Shown here piece by piece: positions 49,917 through 60,720 of a stretch of DNA of 64,000 bases. Location of the stretch: the IMG/VR virus record IMGVR_UViG_651053023_000007. One strand, given 5' to 3'. Numbering within the stretch: position 1 is the first letter of the stretch; every line of letters starts with the position of its first letter. The stretch comes from an uncultured virus (IMG/VR IMGVR_UViG_651053023_000007) (taxonomy: Duplodnaviria > Heunggongvirae > Uroviricota > Caudoviricetes). The notes beneath the pieces are model-generated. The model saw nothing but the letters and a program-made list of their open reading frames with translations, made no database searches and was not told the DNA's origin. Made by a program: the position numbers and the translations under genes.

Positions 49917-51265
49917 TGGGCTGGGCTGAAAACCTGCAAAACGCCTCCTTTCGTGGCGTGCAGTTTGATGTACTGAACACGGATGAACAAATCAGCCGCG
50001 ACCATGCGGTCTATGAATACCCGTTTGTTGACGGGGCGGATTTGCACGACCTCGGGCGCAAGGCGCGACCGTTCCGCATGACGGCGTTCCTGTGGGGGGA
50101 GTATTACGAATATAAACTCGAAAAGCTGATCGCCGCCCTGGACGAAGGCGGCGATGGTGAGCTGATTCACCCGGTTTATGGCTCCGTTCCGTCGGTGATT
50201 GTGACCGGCTACAGCATTCGCCATGACGCAGAAAGCCCGGACAGCTGCACCATCGACATGAGCTTTCTGGAGAACCGCACCGGCAGCGCGTTGTTCAGCA
50301 CCCCGTTACCGGAGCTGTTTGCACAGCAGTTATTTGAAGAACTGGATAAGTTACTGGCACAGTTAAGCGAATTATTTGACGCTGTTACGGCCCCTTTAAA
50401 GACCATTAACAGCGTGATTAAAAAAATCCAGACAGTGCGCGCCACACTGGTAAATACCCTGCTGACGTTCAAAAGCGATTTTCTCTCATCCATCGACAAT
50501 ATGATGTCGCTGGCCAGCGAACCCGGGAAATTTATTGGCGGGCTGGCAGAGGTGCTGGAAATCCACACGTCAGATGTCGGGCACGCGGTGCCGGTGCTGG
50601 AGCGTACTGATTCCGCCACCACGACCGGACTGACCGGGGAAGACAGCGTCGCCAGTTCTGCGACAGTGATGACCTGCTGGAATGAGGTGACGGCAGATAT
50701 GGATGAGCTGGTCGCGCTGCCGGTCGCACTGGTCAGCGGTGATAAAACGCCGTCTGTGGCACTTCCGCCGGATGCGTCCGTGGAAGACGTGCAGGACGTG
50801 AAAGCGGCTTATGCGGTTCTGGCAGCCTCAGAGCTGGCCAGCGTGGCGACGGCGATACTGTCCGATGAGGCCCAGTCAGAACAGCTTATACCGGCAGATA
50901 TCGGGCGACTGGTCGGGGATGTGCGCACCCGCTTACAGGCAGCCATCACGCTGTTCCGTGAACGCTATGAAAGCGAACGCGAACGGATAACCGAAACCGC
51001 ATCACCACTGGGGCTGATGTACCCGGAAATCATTCAGAGCATGAAGAACGTGGCGGCATCCGTGCAGGATGTCGGCCTGCTGGTTCTGTCACGCCGCCCA
51101 CCGCTGACGCAGAAACAGGTGCAGGCGGACAGCTGTCTGCTGTTGCTGGCGTGGCAGTGGTACGGTGATTACAGCCGTGCGGCAGAGCTGCAACGTCTGA
51201 ACCCGCAGCTGCGTGACCCGAACAACATAACCGCCGGGATGGTGATTAATGCCTACGCAAAATAA
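49916..51265 (+). CDS. DNA circularisation protein (Mu gpN-like)
   Basis: ASFRGV.F, YEYPF, GELIHP. Confidence 0.9.
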   Translation: MGWAENLQNASFRGVQFDVLNTDEQISRDHAVYEYPFVDGADLHDLGRKARPFRMTAFLWGEYYEYKLEKLIAALDEGGDGELIHPVYGSVPSVIVTGYSIRHDAESPDSCTIDMSFLENRTGSALFSTPLPELFAQQLFEELDKLLAQLSELFDAVTAPLKTINSVIKKIQTVRATLVNTLLTFKSDFLSSIDNMMSLASEPGKFIGGLAEVLEIHTSDVGHAVPVLERTDSATTTGLTGEDSVASSATVMTCWNEVTADMDELVALPVALVSGDKTPSVALPPDASVEDVQDVKAAYAVLAASELASVATAILSDEAQSEQLIPADIGRLVGDVRTRLQAAITLFRERYESERERITETASPLGLMYPEIIQSMKNVAASVQDVGLLVLSRRPPLTQKQVQADSCLLLLAWQWYGDYSRAAELQRLNPQLRDPNNITAGMVINAYAK

Positions 51266-52460
51266 CGACGACAAAATCAGTCTGGTCATTGCCGGAAGGT
51301 CGCATTCTGACTGGAGCAGTTACCGTATTGACAGTGATTTCCTGAAAGCTGCCGACGGCTGGCAGCTTCAGTTGGGACTGCCTGAAAAGGTGTTCCCGGC
51401 GGATATCGTCCGGGGTGCGCCAGTCCGGTTGCAGGTGGGAGACGAAACGGTGCTCAGTGGTCGCGTGGACAGCGTGCGCCGCAGTGTATCCCGTCAGAGC
51501 TGCACGCTGACGCTGTCCGGGCGTGATGATGCCGCCATTCTGGTGGACTGTGCCGCGCCGGTGTTCAGCGCCAACCAGCTGACACTGGACGAGGTCATCG
51601 ACAGGATAGTCAGACCGCTGGGGATACAGCGCATTCGTATTCAGGCGTCCGGTGTGTCACGTAATGACAAGGTCGTTATAGAGCCGGGGATGCGTGCGTG
51701 GGATGCACTGGCTAAAGCTGCCGCCGGTCGCGGCTTATGGCCGTGGTTTGAGCCTGACGGGACGCTGGTTGTGGGTGGCCCTGACTACACCACCACGCCG
51801 GTGGATACGCTGATTCTGAAGCTGGACGGCACCGGGAACAACGTGATGGAGCTGGATGATACCCGGTCCATTAACGGCTGCTTCTCCGAACTTACAGTGC
51901 TGGCACAGAGCCACGCCCGCCGCGCAGACAGCAAAAAGCAGCTGGCCACAGTGCCACTGGATATCTGGAACGAGGACGGCAGCGTGCGCACATTATCCGG
52001 GCGGGACGGCGGTAATACGGACAATGGCCAGACAGGCATTCATAACATGAAAGCTGTGGCCACCGACCCCACCGTGGATTATTACCGCCCGCAGATTATC
52101 ACTCAGGGTGACACCAGCAACCTGGAGCAGGTGAACTGGCGCGCCAAAAAAATGATGAGTGATGCCCGTCTGTCGGGGCTGGATATCGTCGCACTGGTTG
52201 CAGGTCATCGCACGGCGGACGGTGTCCTGTGGCAGCCCGGCCAGCGTGTGCGGATTGTCAGCGAACCCCACGGCATCGACGCCATCTTTTTCCTGATGGG
52301 GCGTGAGTTCAGCGGAGGCCGTAACGGGAAGACAACCCGGCTCCGATTTAAGGAGGACGGCGTGTGGATACCTGACGCCTTCCCGCGCGAGAAGAAACGC
52401 CATCACCGCAGGGGCAAAAAGAAAAAAGAGGTCGCCATTGTTAAGGTCTGGGAGAAATGA
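51249..52460 (+). CDS. Baseplate hub (Mu gpP-like)
   Basis: SGRD..AILVDC, LWQPGQRV. Confidence 0.88.
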   Translation: MPTQNNDDKISLVIAGRSHSDWSSYRIDSDFLKAADGWQLQLGLPEKVFPADIVRGAPVRLQVGDETVLSGRVDSVRRSVSRQSCTLTLSGRDDAAILVDCAAPVFSANQLTLDEVIDRIVRPLGIQRIRIQASGVSRNDKVVIEPGMRAWDALAKAAAGRGLWPWFEPDGTLVVGGPDYTTTPVDTLILKLDGTGNNVMELDDTRSINGCFSELTVLAQSHARRADSKKQLATVPLDIWNEDGSVRTLSGRDGGNTDNGQTGIHNMKAVATDPTVDYYRPQIITQGDTSNLEQVNWRAKKMMSDARLSGLDIVALVAGHRTADGVLWQPGQRVRIVSEPHGIDAIFFLMGREFSGGRNGKTTRLRFKEDGVWIPDAFPREKKRHHRRGKKKKEVAIVKVWEK

Positions 52461-53110
52461 TGTGGGACAAAGTTAATCAGCGCGTACAGCAGGCACTGGC
52501 CGCCGTTCGCCAGGCATTCAGGGTGGTGACCGGTACGGTGGACAGTTCGACCAAAGTACAGTTGCTTCAGCTGAACGGGCTGGCAGGCGAACAGCTGGAT
52601 GGTGCGGAGTATTTCCAGCATTACGGCCTCACCACATCTCCGCCACCCGGCTCGATGGGTATTGCCGTTCCGCTGAACGGCAATACCTCCCATACCGTCG
52701 TCGTGGCCACAGAGCACGGCGCATATCGCCTGACGGAACTGAAACCCGGCGAGGTGGCCCTGTATACCGATGAAGGCGCGAAAATCGTACTGAAACGCGG
52801 GCGGGTTGTTGAAACGGACTGTGACGTTTACCGGGTGAAATGCAAACGCTATGAGGTTGAGGCAGAGGAAAGTGCCGCATTCACGACACCGTTACTGACG
52901 GCCAGCGATAAGCTGACGGTGGAAGGTAAAATCACCGGCAACGGTGGCATGGCCATCAGTGGGGGCAAGAAATACGCCGCCACCTTTGAAGGCAACATCA
53001 ACCATGTGGGTGGTGTGATTACCTCCGTTGACGTCACCGTTAATGGCGTTAAAATCGGAACGCATAAACACGATACCCCTCACGGCATATCTGGTCTGCC
53101 GCATAATTAA
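52457..53110 (+). CDS. Baseplate spike (Mu gp45-like)
   Basis: FQHYGLT, GEVALY, HKH. Confidence 0.9.
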   Translation: MMWDKVNQRVQQALAAVRQAFRVVTGTVDSSTKVQLLQLNGLAGEQLDGAEYFQHYGLTTSPPPGSMGIAVPLNGNTSHTVVVATEHGAYRLTELKPGEVALYTDEGAKIVLKRGRVVETDCDVYRVKCKRYEVEAEESAAFTTPLLTASDKLTVEGKITGNGGMAISGGKKYAATFEGNINHVGGVITSVDVTVNGVKIGTHKHDTPHGISGLPHN

Positions 53111-53157
53111 GTGCTGAACCCCCTCACCTGATTCTGACCTGTCCATGCTGCCAGACT
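53111..53157 (+). promoter_or_regulatory. Late promoter candidate (baseplate/fibre)
   Basis: GTGCTGAACCCCCTCA plus CAGACT at offset 42. Confidence 0.7.
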
Positions 53158-53163
53158 GGCGGC

Positions 53164-53514
53164 ATGGACCAGACGATTTCACCTGCAACCGGCGACTACG
53201 AACGCCGCCGGATTTATACACTCCATAACGCGGTTTATCTGCGACTGGCGACACCGCTTGGCAGTTACTGGGCGGATGCGTCGCTGGGGTCACGCCTGCA
53301 CGAACTGAAGCGGGAAAAAGACGTTTCCCGTGTTCACAGGCTGGCGGCGCAGTATGCCAGCCAGGCACTTCAGCCCCTGCTTGATGACGGGCGGGCAAAA
53401 TCCATTACCGTTGACACGAAAGCGGGCCAGCGCGGCTGGTTGTTGCTGTTAATCACTGTCACGGATAACGCGGGCACACCGCAGACGTTTGAACACCCTG
53501 TGAGGATTATGTAA
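53164..53514 (+). CDS. Mu gp46-like baseplate protein
   Basis: YWAD..LGSRLHELKREK. Confidence 0.9.
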   Translation: MDQTISPATGDYERRRIYTLHNAVYLRLATPLGSYWADASLGSRLHELKREKDVSRVHRLAAQYASQALQPLLDDGRAKSITVDTKAGQRGWLLLLITVTDNAGTPQTFEHPVRIM

Positions 53515-54593
53515 TGCCGTTTCCTGTTCCGGGCGTTGCTGAAAACACAGAACGCCAGCTACGTGATATCGCTAACGCCCTGCCGGGAGAAACCATCGAC
53601 ACCGGCGCTGACAGCGATTACCGCATTCGTGCAAATGCCGTATCCGGCGTGGCGGACGGGCTTTATATGCATCAGGGATGGATCCTCCGTCAGGTGTTTC
53701 CTGACACGGCAGACCCTGAATATCTGGAGCTGCACTGCCGTACGCGCAATGTTTTTCGTAAAAAAGCAACGGCCTCATCCGGTCCGGTAGTGATTACCGG
53801 CACACCCGGTAAGACGCTGCCAGCCGGTGCGGAAATTCGTGGTGAAGGTGTCAGCGTGACCACCACAGCAGACTGCACCGTCGGCGATGAAGGCAGTGCA
53901 GAGGTGACGGTAAAAAGCTCCGCCACGGGTGCACAGACGAACGCATCCGCAACGCAGACGGCAACGCTGGTCAGCCCGCCGGAAGGCATCAACAGCACGG
54001 TGACGATTAAATCCCTGACCGGCGGAACGGACAGGGAAAGCGACGCCGACCTGCTGGCGCGTTATCTGGATATTCTGCGCAGGCCGCCCGCTGGCGGTAA
54101 CAAATATGATTACAAACGCTGGGCGCTGGAAGTGGATGGCGTTACGTCTGCGTATGTGGAGCCGTTGCGTCGTGGACTGGGGACGGTTGATGTGGCCATT
54201 ACGTCAGCCAATGACCTCCCTTCGCAGGAACTGATTAATGCCGTGCTGGCACATATTGAGGAAGTCCGCCCGGTCACAGCGAAAGACACGATGGTACTGG
54301 CCCCGACGAAAAAAGCCGTTGATTTCGTTGTCCGGGTAAAAACCAGCGGCCTGACCGTTGAGCAGATAAAACCGCAGATAACTGACGTTATCACGGATTT
54401 TATGAACCGGCTGGAGCCGGGGCAGGAATTAATTATTTCACAACTGGAAACCCAGATTTCATTAATTTCCGGTGTCAGTGACCGGCGAATCATTACGCCA
54501 GCAGACAATGTAAAAGCCATTATTAACGCGTCAACGTGGGAATGGCTGCGTCCGGGAAATATTGATATTCAGTCCTTTCCGCGTGAGGGGTGA
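53514..54593 (+). CDS. Mu gp47-like baseplate wedge
   Basis: FPDTAD, PPAGGNKYDY. Confidence 0.9.
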   Translation: MPFPVPGVAENTERQLRDIANALPGETIDTGADSDYRIRANAVSGVADGLYMHQGWILRQVFPDTADPEYLELHCRTRNVFRKKATASSGPVVITGTPGKTLPAGAEIRGEGVSVTTTADCTVGDEGSAEVTVKSSATGAQTNASATQTATLVSPPEGINSTVTIKSLTGGTDRESDADLLARYLDILRRPPAGGNKYDYKRWALEVDGVTSAYVEPLRRGLGTVDVAITSANDLPSQELINAVLAHIEEVRPVTAKDTMVLAPTKKAVDFVVRVKTSGLTVEQIKPQITDVITDFMNRLEPGQELIISQLETQISLISGVSDRRIITPADNVKAIINASTWEWLRPGNIDIQSFPREG

Positions 54594-54596
54594 TTC

Positions 54597-55169
54597 ATGA
54601 ATATGGTCGATTTATTTCGCGCCATGCTGCCGCCTGTCAGTTATGACCAGAACGGAAAATATATTTCCGCAGAACTGATGGCCGAGGCTAACGTCATGGA
54701 GGCCGTGAAGGCATCAGCGGCGAGTGTTCTGGCACAAATCACCCCATTGCAGGCATCGATGACGCTGTCTGACTGGGAGCGCGTGTACGGTGTTGTCCCC
54801 CGTGAAGGTGCCACGCAACAGGAGAGGCGGCAGAACATCCAGGTCAGGATGGCTGCCACTGGCGGGCTGTCAATTCCTTACTTTAAGAGTCTTGCCGCCA
54901 GCCTGGGCTACACCATCACCATTACGGAGCCGCGAGCGTTCCGGGTGGGGATAAATCGCTGCGGTGACCGTCTGCTGATACCGGAAATCCGCTGGGTGTG
55001 GCAGGTCAATGTTATCGGGACAAAAACGCCGGTCTACCGTTTCAGAACGGGGGCATCGGCAACCGGCGAACCGCTGACGGCCTTTGGTGAATCCATTTTA
55101 GAAAACACGTTTAAAGACCTTAAACCGGCTTTTACAGACTGTTATTTCACATATGAGGTGGAGGAATAA
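54597..55169 (+). CDS. Mu gp48-like baseplate protein
   Basis: [18 protein letters not shown]. Confidence 0.88.
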   Translation: MNMVDLFRAMLPPVSYDQNGKYISAELMAEANVMEAVKASAASVLAQITPLQASMTLSDWERVYGVVPREGATQQERRQNIQVRMAATGGLSIPYFKSLAASLGYTITITEPRAFRVGINRCGDRLLIPEIRWVWQVNVIGTKTPVYRFRTGASATGEPLTAFGESILENTFKDLKPAFTDCYFTYEVEE

Positions 55170-56152
55170 TGCAGAATTTAATGCCTCCGGTGAATACGCC
55201 GGATAAGCTATTTCATGATGGTGACCCCACTCAGGGAATTGAGGGAACCATCGTTTACGCCGAATATATGAATAATCATCAGGCGGCAACGCGCGATTTG
55301 CAGCAGGAGGTGATTAACGTCCTTAAAGAGGCTGGCGTAACCCCGGATCCGAAAAAACAGAATCAACTGGTTGAGGCGCTGGCCTTATATGTCGGGAAAA
55401 AAGTTCCTGACGCATCATTAACGAAGAAGGGTATCGTTCAGCTCAGTAGTGCAACAGACAGTGATTCAGAAGAACTGGCTGCCACCCCAAAGGCAATAAA
55501 GGCGTTAGCAAAAAAAATTGCTGATTTACAGGGTACGGCTTTACCGGTCGGGACACCAATCCCGTGGCCATCTGATTCTGTGCCATCCGGTTATGCCTTA
55601 ATGCAGGGGCAAAGTTTTGATAAAGGCTCTTACCCTAAACTTGCGGTTGCCTATCCGTCCGGGGTTATTCCTGATATGCGCGGCTGGACTATCAAGGGTA
55701 AGCCTGCCAGTGGTCGTGCCGTATTGTCTCAGGAACAGGATGGCATCAAGTCGCATACCCACAGTGCCAGTGCGTCAAATACCGATTTAGGAACGAAAAC
55801 GACAAGTTCATTTGACTACGGCACCAAGACAGTCAGCACGTTTAACCACGGCACAAAATCAACAAATAACACAGGAAATCATACGCACAGTGTCGGTGGT
55901 GTTTATGGCGGCGACTCTATCGGCGGAAAACAACGTGTGCAGGCGTCAGGGAGCAATCAGATTTCCAGTACTGCCGGAGCACATGCTCATACTGTCGATA
56001 TTGGTCAGCATAACCACACCGTAGGTATTGGTGCCCATGCACACACTGTGGCATTGGGTGCGCACGGGCACACCATCACGGTAAATCCAACAGGCAATAC
56101 CGAAAACACCGTCAAAAACATTGCATATAACTATATTGTGAGGCTGGCATAA
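55169..56152 (+). CDS. Tail fibre 1 (collar plus His-motif tip)
   Basis: [19 protein letters not shown], repeated Hx[12 protein letters not shown]. Confidence 0.9.
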   Translation: MQNLMPPVNTPDKLFHDGDPTQGIEGTIVYAEYMNNHQAATRDLQQEVINVLKEAGVTPDPKKQNQLVEALALYVGKKVPDASLTKKGIVQLSSATDSDSEELAATPKAIKALAKKIADLQGTALPVGTPIPWPSDSVPSGYALMQGQSFDKGSYPKLAVAYPSGVIPDMRGWTIKGKPASGRAVLSQEQDGIKSHTHSASASNTDLGTKTTSSFDYGTKTVSTFNHGTKSTNNTGNHTHSVGGVYGGDSIGGKQRVQASGSNQISSTAGAHAHTVDIGQHNHTVGIGAHAHTVALGAHGHTITVNPTGNTENTVKNIAYNYIVRLA

Positions 56153-56727
56153 TGACTTTCAAAATGAGTGCAGAAGCACAAACCATTCGTGTATTTAATT
56201 ATCTCGATGGCACAAATGAATTTATTGGCGAAAGCGACGCATATATTCCACCTCATACAGGTCTGCCAGCTAATTCAACAGATATTGCGCCTCCTGATAT
56301 TCCGGCGGGTTTTGCTGCCGTGTTTAATGCTGATGAAATGAAATGGCATCTGATGGAAGACCACCGAGGGAAAACGGTTTATTCAACAGAAACCGGAGTA
56401 GCTGTAACAGTGTCTGAACTGGGAAGCCTTCCTGAAAATGTGACTTCTGTTTCTCCTGATGGCGAATACCAACGCTGGAATGGCAGTCAGTGGGTGACAG
56501 ATGAAGAAGCCAGGCGTAATGCGCTGATAAATCAGGCGGCAGAGAAGAAAGCGGGTCTGCTTAAACAGATGGGAGAGCAAATCGCCGTTTTACAGGATGC
56601 CGTTGATTTTGGTGAAGCGACGCCAGAAGAACAGGAACAGCTGACAGCCCTCAGGAAATTACGAATAAAGTTAAATCGCATTCAACCGGAAAACGCGCCA
56701 GATATTGACTGGTCAGACTTTGAATAA
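56152..56727 (+). CDS. tfa: Tail fibre assembly chaperone, Tfa-like
   Basis: [24 protein letters not shown]. Confidence 0.9.
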   Translation: MTFKMSAEAQTIRVFNYLDGTNEFIGESDAYIPPHTGLPANSTDIAPPDIPAGFAAVFNADEMKWHLMEDHRGKTVYSTETGVAVTVSELGSLPENVTSVSPDGEYQRWNGSQWVTDEEARRNALINQAAEKKAGLLKQMGEQIAVLQDAVDFGEATPEEQEQLTALRKLRIKLNRIQPENAPDIDWSDFE

Positions 56728-56734
56728 ATCAGAC

Positions 56735-56757
56735 AGCCGCCCGCAGGCGGCTTTTTA
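56735..56757 (+). terminator. Terminator-like hairpin
   Basis: AGCCGCC-CGCA-GGCGGCT plus T run. Confidence 0.6.
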
Positions 56758-56772
56758 TCATTCAGAGGTTTT

Positions 56773-58389
56773 ATGTCTGTATTAATCTCAGGCGCGCTTA
56801 TTAATGGCGCTGGCGTTCCGATGGCGGAATGCAAAATTTATTTAGATGCACTGGTTAATACCAGTGAGGTGGTCACTGAATCATTCGCGGTTATTGAAAC
56901 CGATGCGGCGGGACAGTATGCCTTTGAAGCGCAAAAAGGCAAATACACCGTACACATCAAGCAAAAGAACGGCCCCAAGTGCTGCGTGGGTGATATCGCT
57001 GTATACGATGACTCAAAGCCCGGCACACTGAATGATTTTCTGACCGCCCCCAATGAAGGCGACCTCAAACCCGACGTGGTGAAACGCTTTGAGGAAATGG
57101 TGGCGCAGGCGCAGCAGAGCGCGGAAGCGGCAGCGGAAAGCGAACGACAGGCCGGGCAACACGCAGCTGATGCGCAGAAGATTAAGGGTGATTGCCAGAC
57201 GCTGGCAGATAATGTTCAGCAGAATACAAATGCTGTGGAGGAAAACACGCAGCGCGTTGAACAGCTGGCCTCAGAAGTTGAGCTGAACGCCGGGCAGGTG
57301 CAGCAGGGCGTGCAGAATGTTACTGATGCGGTAAAAAAGGCGCAGCAGGCAGCAAAGAATTCTGCTGACAGTGCCACTGACTCAAAAAACAGTGCTGACA
57401 ACGCCGCCCTGAGCGAACAGAACGCACAAAAACACGCGCAGAAAGCTGAACAACATGAGCAGCAGACTAAACAATATGCGCAGGATGCAGCGACCGCCGC
57501 AGAATCAGCAGAGAACGCCAAAGGCGAAATTGACGAAATTCTGGATGGCGGCTATCTCAAGATAAAAAACAACTTTCAGGAAATTGTTGATGCTGGCCCC
57601 TCAGCACTGGCTCAGGCCCAATGGAATTTACAGATTTCCGGGGTGAAAAATAAACAGGTAATTGCCACCCCTTATACATGGCCATCCAGAACTGAGTATG
57701 AACAAAGGGTGCATCTGCCACTCGCCGGGGCTTACGGATTTGGCTACACGTTTGAAGACAAAAGCCAGGGACGTATAAACCTTAGCGAAAGTTACACCGG
57801 CTCCTGGTGGTCACAGTGGGTAAAGCCGGGGCGTTATTACGTTACAACCAGTGATAAACAATATCTGACACCAGACGGGTACACGTACGGGGTTGTTGAT
57901 GTGCTGTGGCTTAACGGTAACGCATATAATGACGCTTCGCAGGTTCTTAAAATACTGGCTTTTTACGATGGTGACGGATGCCTGCATATCGGCAAGCGCG
58001 TTGGTCAGAGCAACTGGTCAATAAGCTGGCGCAAGCTGACATCGCTCCCTGATGTCAGGGCCATGCTGTATTCATATATTTATAATAATTACAACAGAGA
58101 ATGGCGTGACCCGGAGCTGGGAGGTTTAATTCTGGCGTCATACCAGGGAACCGCAGACGGCGACACAAATATAAAAGTATCCCGTGGTCAGACTTATCCC
58201 GGCTCACGACTTGCACCTGTGGCGATAGAATGCCAGTTCACTCCATCCGGTACGTATGCCGCAACACCGCGATTCCATATTACCGGCTGCAAGAGCAAAT
58301 CACTCCCCGGAACTTATATTTCACTGTCTGGAGCACCCACAACATACAGCGACCAGGCTTTTGTGGCGCTATTCATGAGGATTGCATGA
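56773..58389 (+). CDS. Tail fibre 2 with lambda Stf-type N-terminus
   Basis: MSVLISG...YDDSKPGTLNDFL, Ala/Gln coiled coil, aromatic C-terminus. Confidence 0.85.
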   Translation: MSVLISGALINGAGVPMAECKIYLDALVNTSEVVTESFAVIETDAAGQYAFEAQKGKYTVHIKQKNGPKCCVGDIAVYDDSKPGTLNDFLTAPNEGDLKPDVVKRFEEMVAQAQQSAEAAAESERQAGQHAADAQKIKGDCQTLADNVQQNTNAVEENTQRVEQLASEVELNAGQVQQGVQNVTDAVKKAQQAAKNSADSATDSKNSADNAALSEQNAQKHAQKAEQHEQQTKQYAQDAATAAESAENAKGEIDEILDGGYLKIKNNFQEIVDAGPSALAQAQWNLQISGVKNKQVIATPYTWPSRTEYEQRVHLPLAGAYGFGYTFEDKSQGRINLSESYTGSWWSQWVKPGRYYVTTSDKQYLTPDGYTYGVVDVLWLNGNAYNDASQVLKILAFYDGDGCLHIGKRVGQSNWSISWRKLTSLPDVRAMLYSYIYNNYNREWRDPELGGLILASYQGTADGDTNIKVSRGQTYPGSRLAPVAIECQFTPSGTYAATPRFHITGCKSKSLPGTYISLSGAPTTYSDQAFVALFMRIA

Positions 58390-58958
58390 TGCAGATAAAA
58401 GAAATTACCAGCCCCCACTACACCGAATCCGGTGCGATTGACTGCGAAGTTTTATTTGAAGGGATGGATGAAGCCGTTCCGTACACAGCCACACCAGAAG
58501 ACACAGCAACAACAGGCCAGCAAATTTGGCAGGAACTGCAAAGCGGCAAATGGGGCGAGATTGCCCCGTTCACCGCATCACCTGAACTTATCGCAGCAGC
58601 AAAGGACGCCAAAAAACGGGAAATTGAGGCATGGCGCACAGAACAGGAAGCGCAGCCATTCACGTTCGAATGGAACGGCCGCACATGGAACGCTGGCCCC
58701 GACTCAATGGCCCGTCTTTATCCTGTGGTAATGGCTGCAAAATCTGATACGGCACGAACTGCCCTTGCGTGGGGTGACGCCGATAATCAACAGGTGAAAC
58801 TGTCGATGCCGGAACTGGAAGAACTGGCAGCCGCGATGGCGCAGGCGCAGGTTGAGCGCAATGACGAGATTTATCAACGCCAGCGTGAGATGAAGGAGGA
58901 ACTGAATAACCTGGATGATTTACGCTCAATCAGAGCGATGACGATTAGCAGCAGTTAG
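58386..58958 (+). CDS. Putative fibre chaperone (DUF4376-like)
   Basis: IDCEV.F, PYTA, WGDADNQ. Confidence 0.75.
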   Translation: MMQIKEITSPHYTESGAIDCEVLFEGMDEAVPYTATPEDTATTGQQIWQELQSGKWGEIAPFTASPELIAAAKDAKKREIEAWRTEQEAQPFTFEWNGRTWNAGPDSMARLYPVVMAAKSDTARTALAWGDADNQQVKLSMPELEELAAAMAQAQVERNDEIYQRQREMKEELNNLDDLRSIRAMTISSS

Positions 58959-58962
58959 CGGT

Positions 58963-59040
58963 CAATTCTGGACTTTTTGGGCGCACCTGAACCGTCCAGA
59001 ATTGCGCGTCAATCAGTCCAGAAAAAAACGCGAAGTTACA
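58963..59040 (-). repeat. Right end with transposase-binding sites
   Basis: TTCTGGAC inverted at 59015-59023 and 58994-59001, direct at 58966-58974. Confidence 0.85.
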
Positions 59041-60118
59041 GATGATCAGCGACAGAGGTACGCTTATCGCGTACGGACGTTATCCCGACACCTTTTTACC
59101 AGACCAGACGGACTCCGTTATCAAGGAAGTTATTCTGACGCTGGTTCTTGGGTTGACGCACGCACAAAACGTGGTGCTGGAAGTTGATCCGGACAGGGCC
59201 ATTATTACTCAGGAAATCGGAGACAGACGCTATCTGCAACGAAAAAAGAATCTTTCGGATGTGGAAGACAAGGATGAGGCTGTTGAAAACCTCGGATTAA
59301 AACCCACGGTGGACAAGGCAAAAAATGCCGTTCAGCGTGATGGTGACACCATGACCGGGGAACTGAAAATCCGTGGTGTTAATGCGCTGAGGATTTTCAA
59401 CGAGGCTTTTGGCCTGATTTTTCGTCGTTCAGAAGATTACCTGCACTTCATTCCCACGCAGGAAGACCATGGAGAAAATGGTGATATTGGCCCACTGCGG
59501 CCCATTTCCATTAACCTGCGCCAGGGCGATGTGGTTATTGGTGACAGGATTGGCATCGGTAATGAGAACAATCTGGGTGAAAAATCACTCACGCTCTGTG
59601 ATAGCAATACCGGTTTTAAGTGGGGCGGACGCGGTGTTATTAATGTGTTTGCAGAGGGACACAACGTCTTTCGTTTTACAAAAAACGGTGTGCTGGCATT
59701 AGAAAATCTCTCGACCGGCAATTTAAGAAAGTTCACGCTGTCGTGTGACAGTTCTTCCACGAAGAGTGCAAGATTTAATCTATGGGGAAATTCCTCAAGG
59801 CCTGTTGTTGCAGAGCTTGGTGATGATTCTGGCTGGCATTTTTACAGTCAGAGGAATACGGATAACAGCATAACGTTTGCCGTAAACGGGCAGATGGTTC
59901 CATCAAACTACGGAAATTTTGATACCCGTTACCAGACCAGAACAGGTGGTGTGCAGGATGTGCGTCTGGGAGGTGCCATTGGTATTGGACGCGGAGGAAA
60001 TGCGCCATCAGGTCATTTACTGAGTGGTGTTGATGGCGGTGAAAGTGTGGACTGGGCCAATGCACGCCCGGTGCAGGTTCTGATTAATGGTGTCTGGCGA
60101 AATGTAGCGAGTTTGTAA
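59041..60118 (+). pseudogene. P2 gpH-like tail fibre, 3' part
   Basis: ISDRGTLIAYGRYPDT continues RELGM. Confidence 0.9.
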
Positions 60119-60120
60119 TC

Positions 60121-60666
60121 ATGATGCACTTAAAAAATCTTACGGCACAAAACCCTAAAACAATTGAGCAATACCAGCTGGCACGACAGCATAAATTTTT
60201 ATTGTGGCTGTTCTCCGATGATGGTCAGGAATGGCACGAAGCCCAGGAAAAATTTCAGCCAGACACTCTGAAAGTTATTTATGTTGAAACTGGCGAAGTG
60301 GTCTGGGTCGGAAAAGACATCACCTCAATCTGCCCGGAAAATAAAAGTGTGATTGAGTTGCCGGATATTACCGCTAATCGTCGCATTGAGGCGTCGGGAT
60401 ACTGGTTCTACCGCAATGATGAATTTGTTTTTGACTACAAACTTAAAGCGGAAGATGAGCGTGATGCACTGTTAAAACAGGTCAGCATCATGACCAGCGA
60501 ATGGGAAAAAGACCTGCTGCTGGGATTAATCAGTGACGAAGACAGGGAAAAGCTCAAAGCGTACCGCATTTACGCGAAATCGCTGCAGGCGATGGATTTC
60601 AGCGCTATTACGGATAAGACCACTTACAACAATATTAGCTGGCCTGAGCAGCCACAAAATACCTGA
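60121..60666 (+). CDS. Tail fibre assembly protein
   Basis: DDGQEWHE, VIELPDITANRR, ISWPEQP. Confidence 0.88.
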   Translation: MMHLKNLTAQNPKTIEQYQLARQHKFLLWLFSDDGQEWHEAQEKFQPDTLKVIYVETGEVVWVGKDITSICPENKSVIELPDITANRRIEASGYWFYRNDEFVFDYKLKAEDERDALLKQVSIMTSEWEKDLLLGLISDEDREKLKAYRIYAKSLQAMDFSAITDKTTYNNISWPEQPQNT

Positions 60667-60685
60667 AAAAGAAGTTAATCATCTG

Positions 60686-60707
60686 ACCGCCTGAGGGCGG
60701 TTTTTTT
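60686..60707 (+). terminator. Intrinsic terminator
   Basis: ACCGCC-TGAG-GGCGGT plus T run. Confidence 0.65.
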
Positions 60708-60720
60708 ATGGGAGAAATGT

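Larger units (their letters stand above)
21955..59040 (+). mobile_element. Mu-like transposable prophage, 37,086 bp
   Basis: TG...CA ends, flanking GATG duplication, Mu gene order. Confidence 0.95.
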
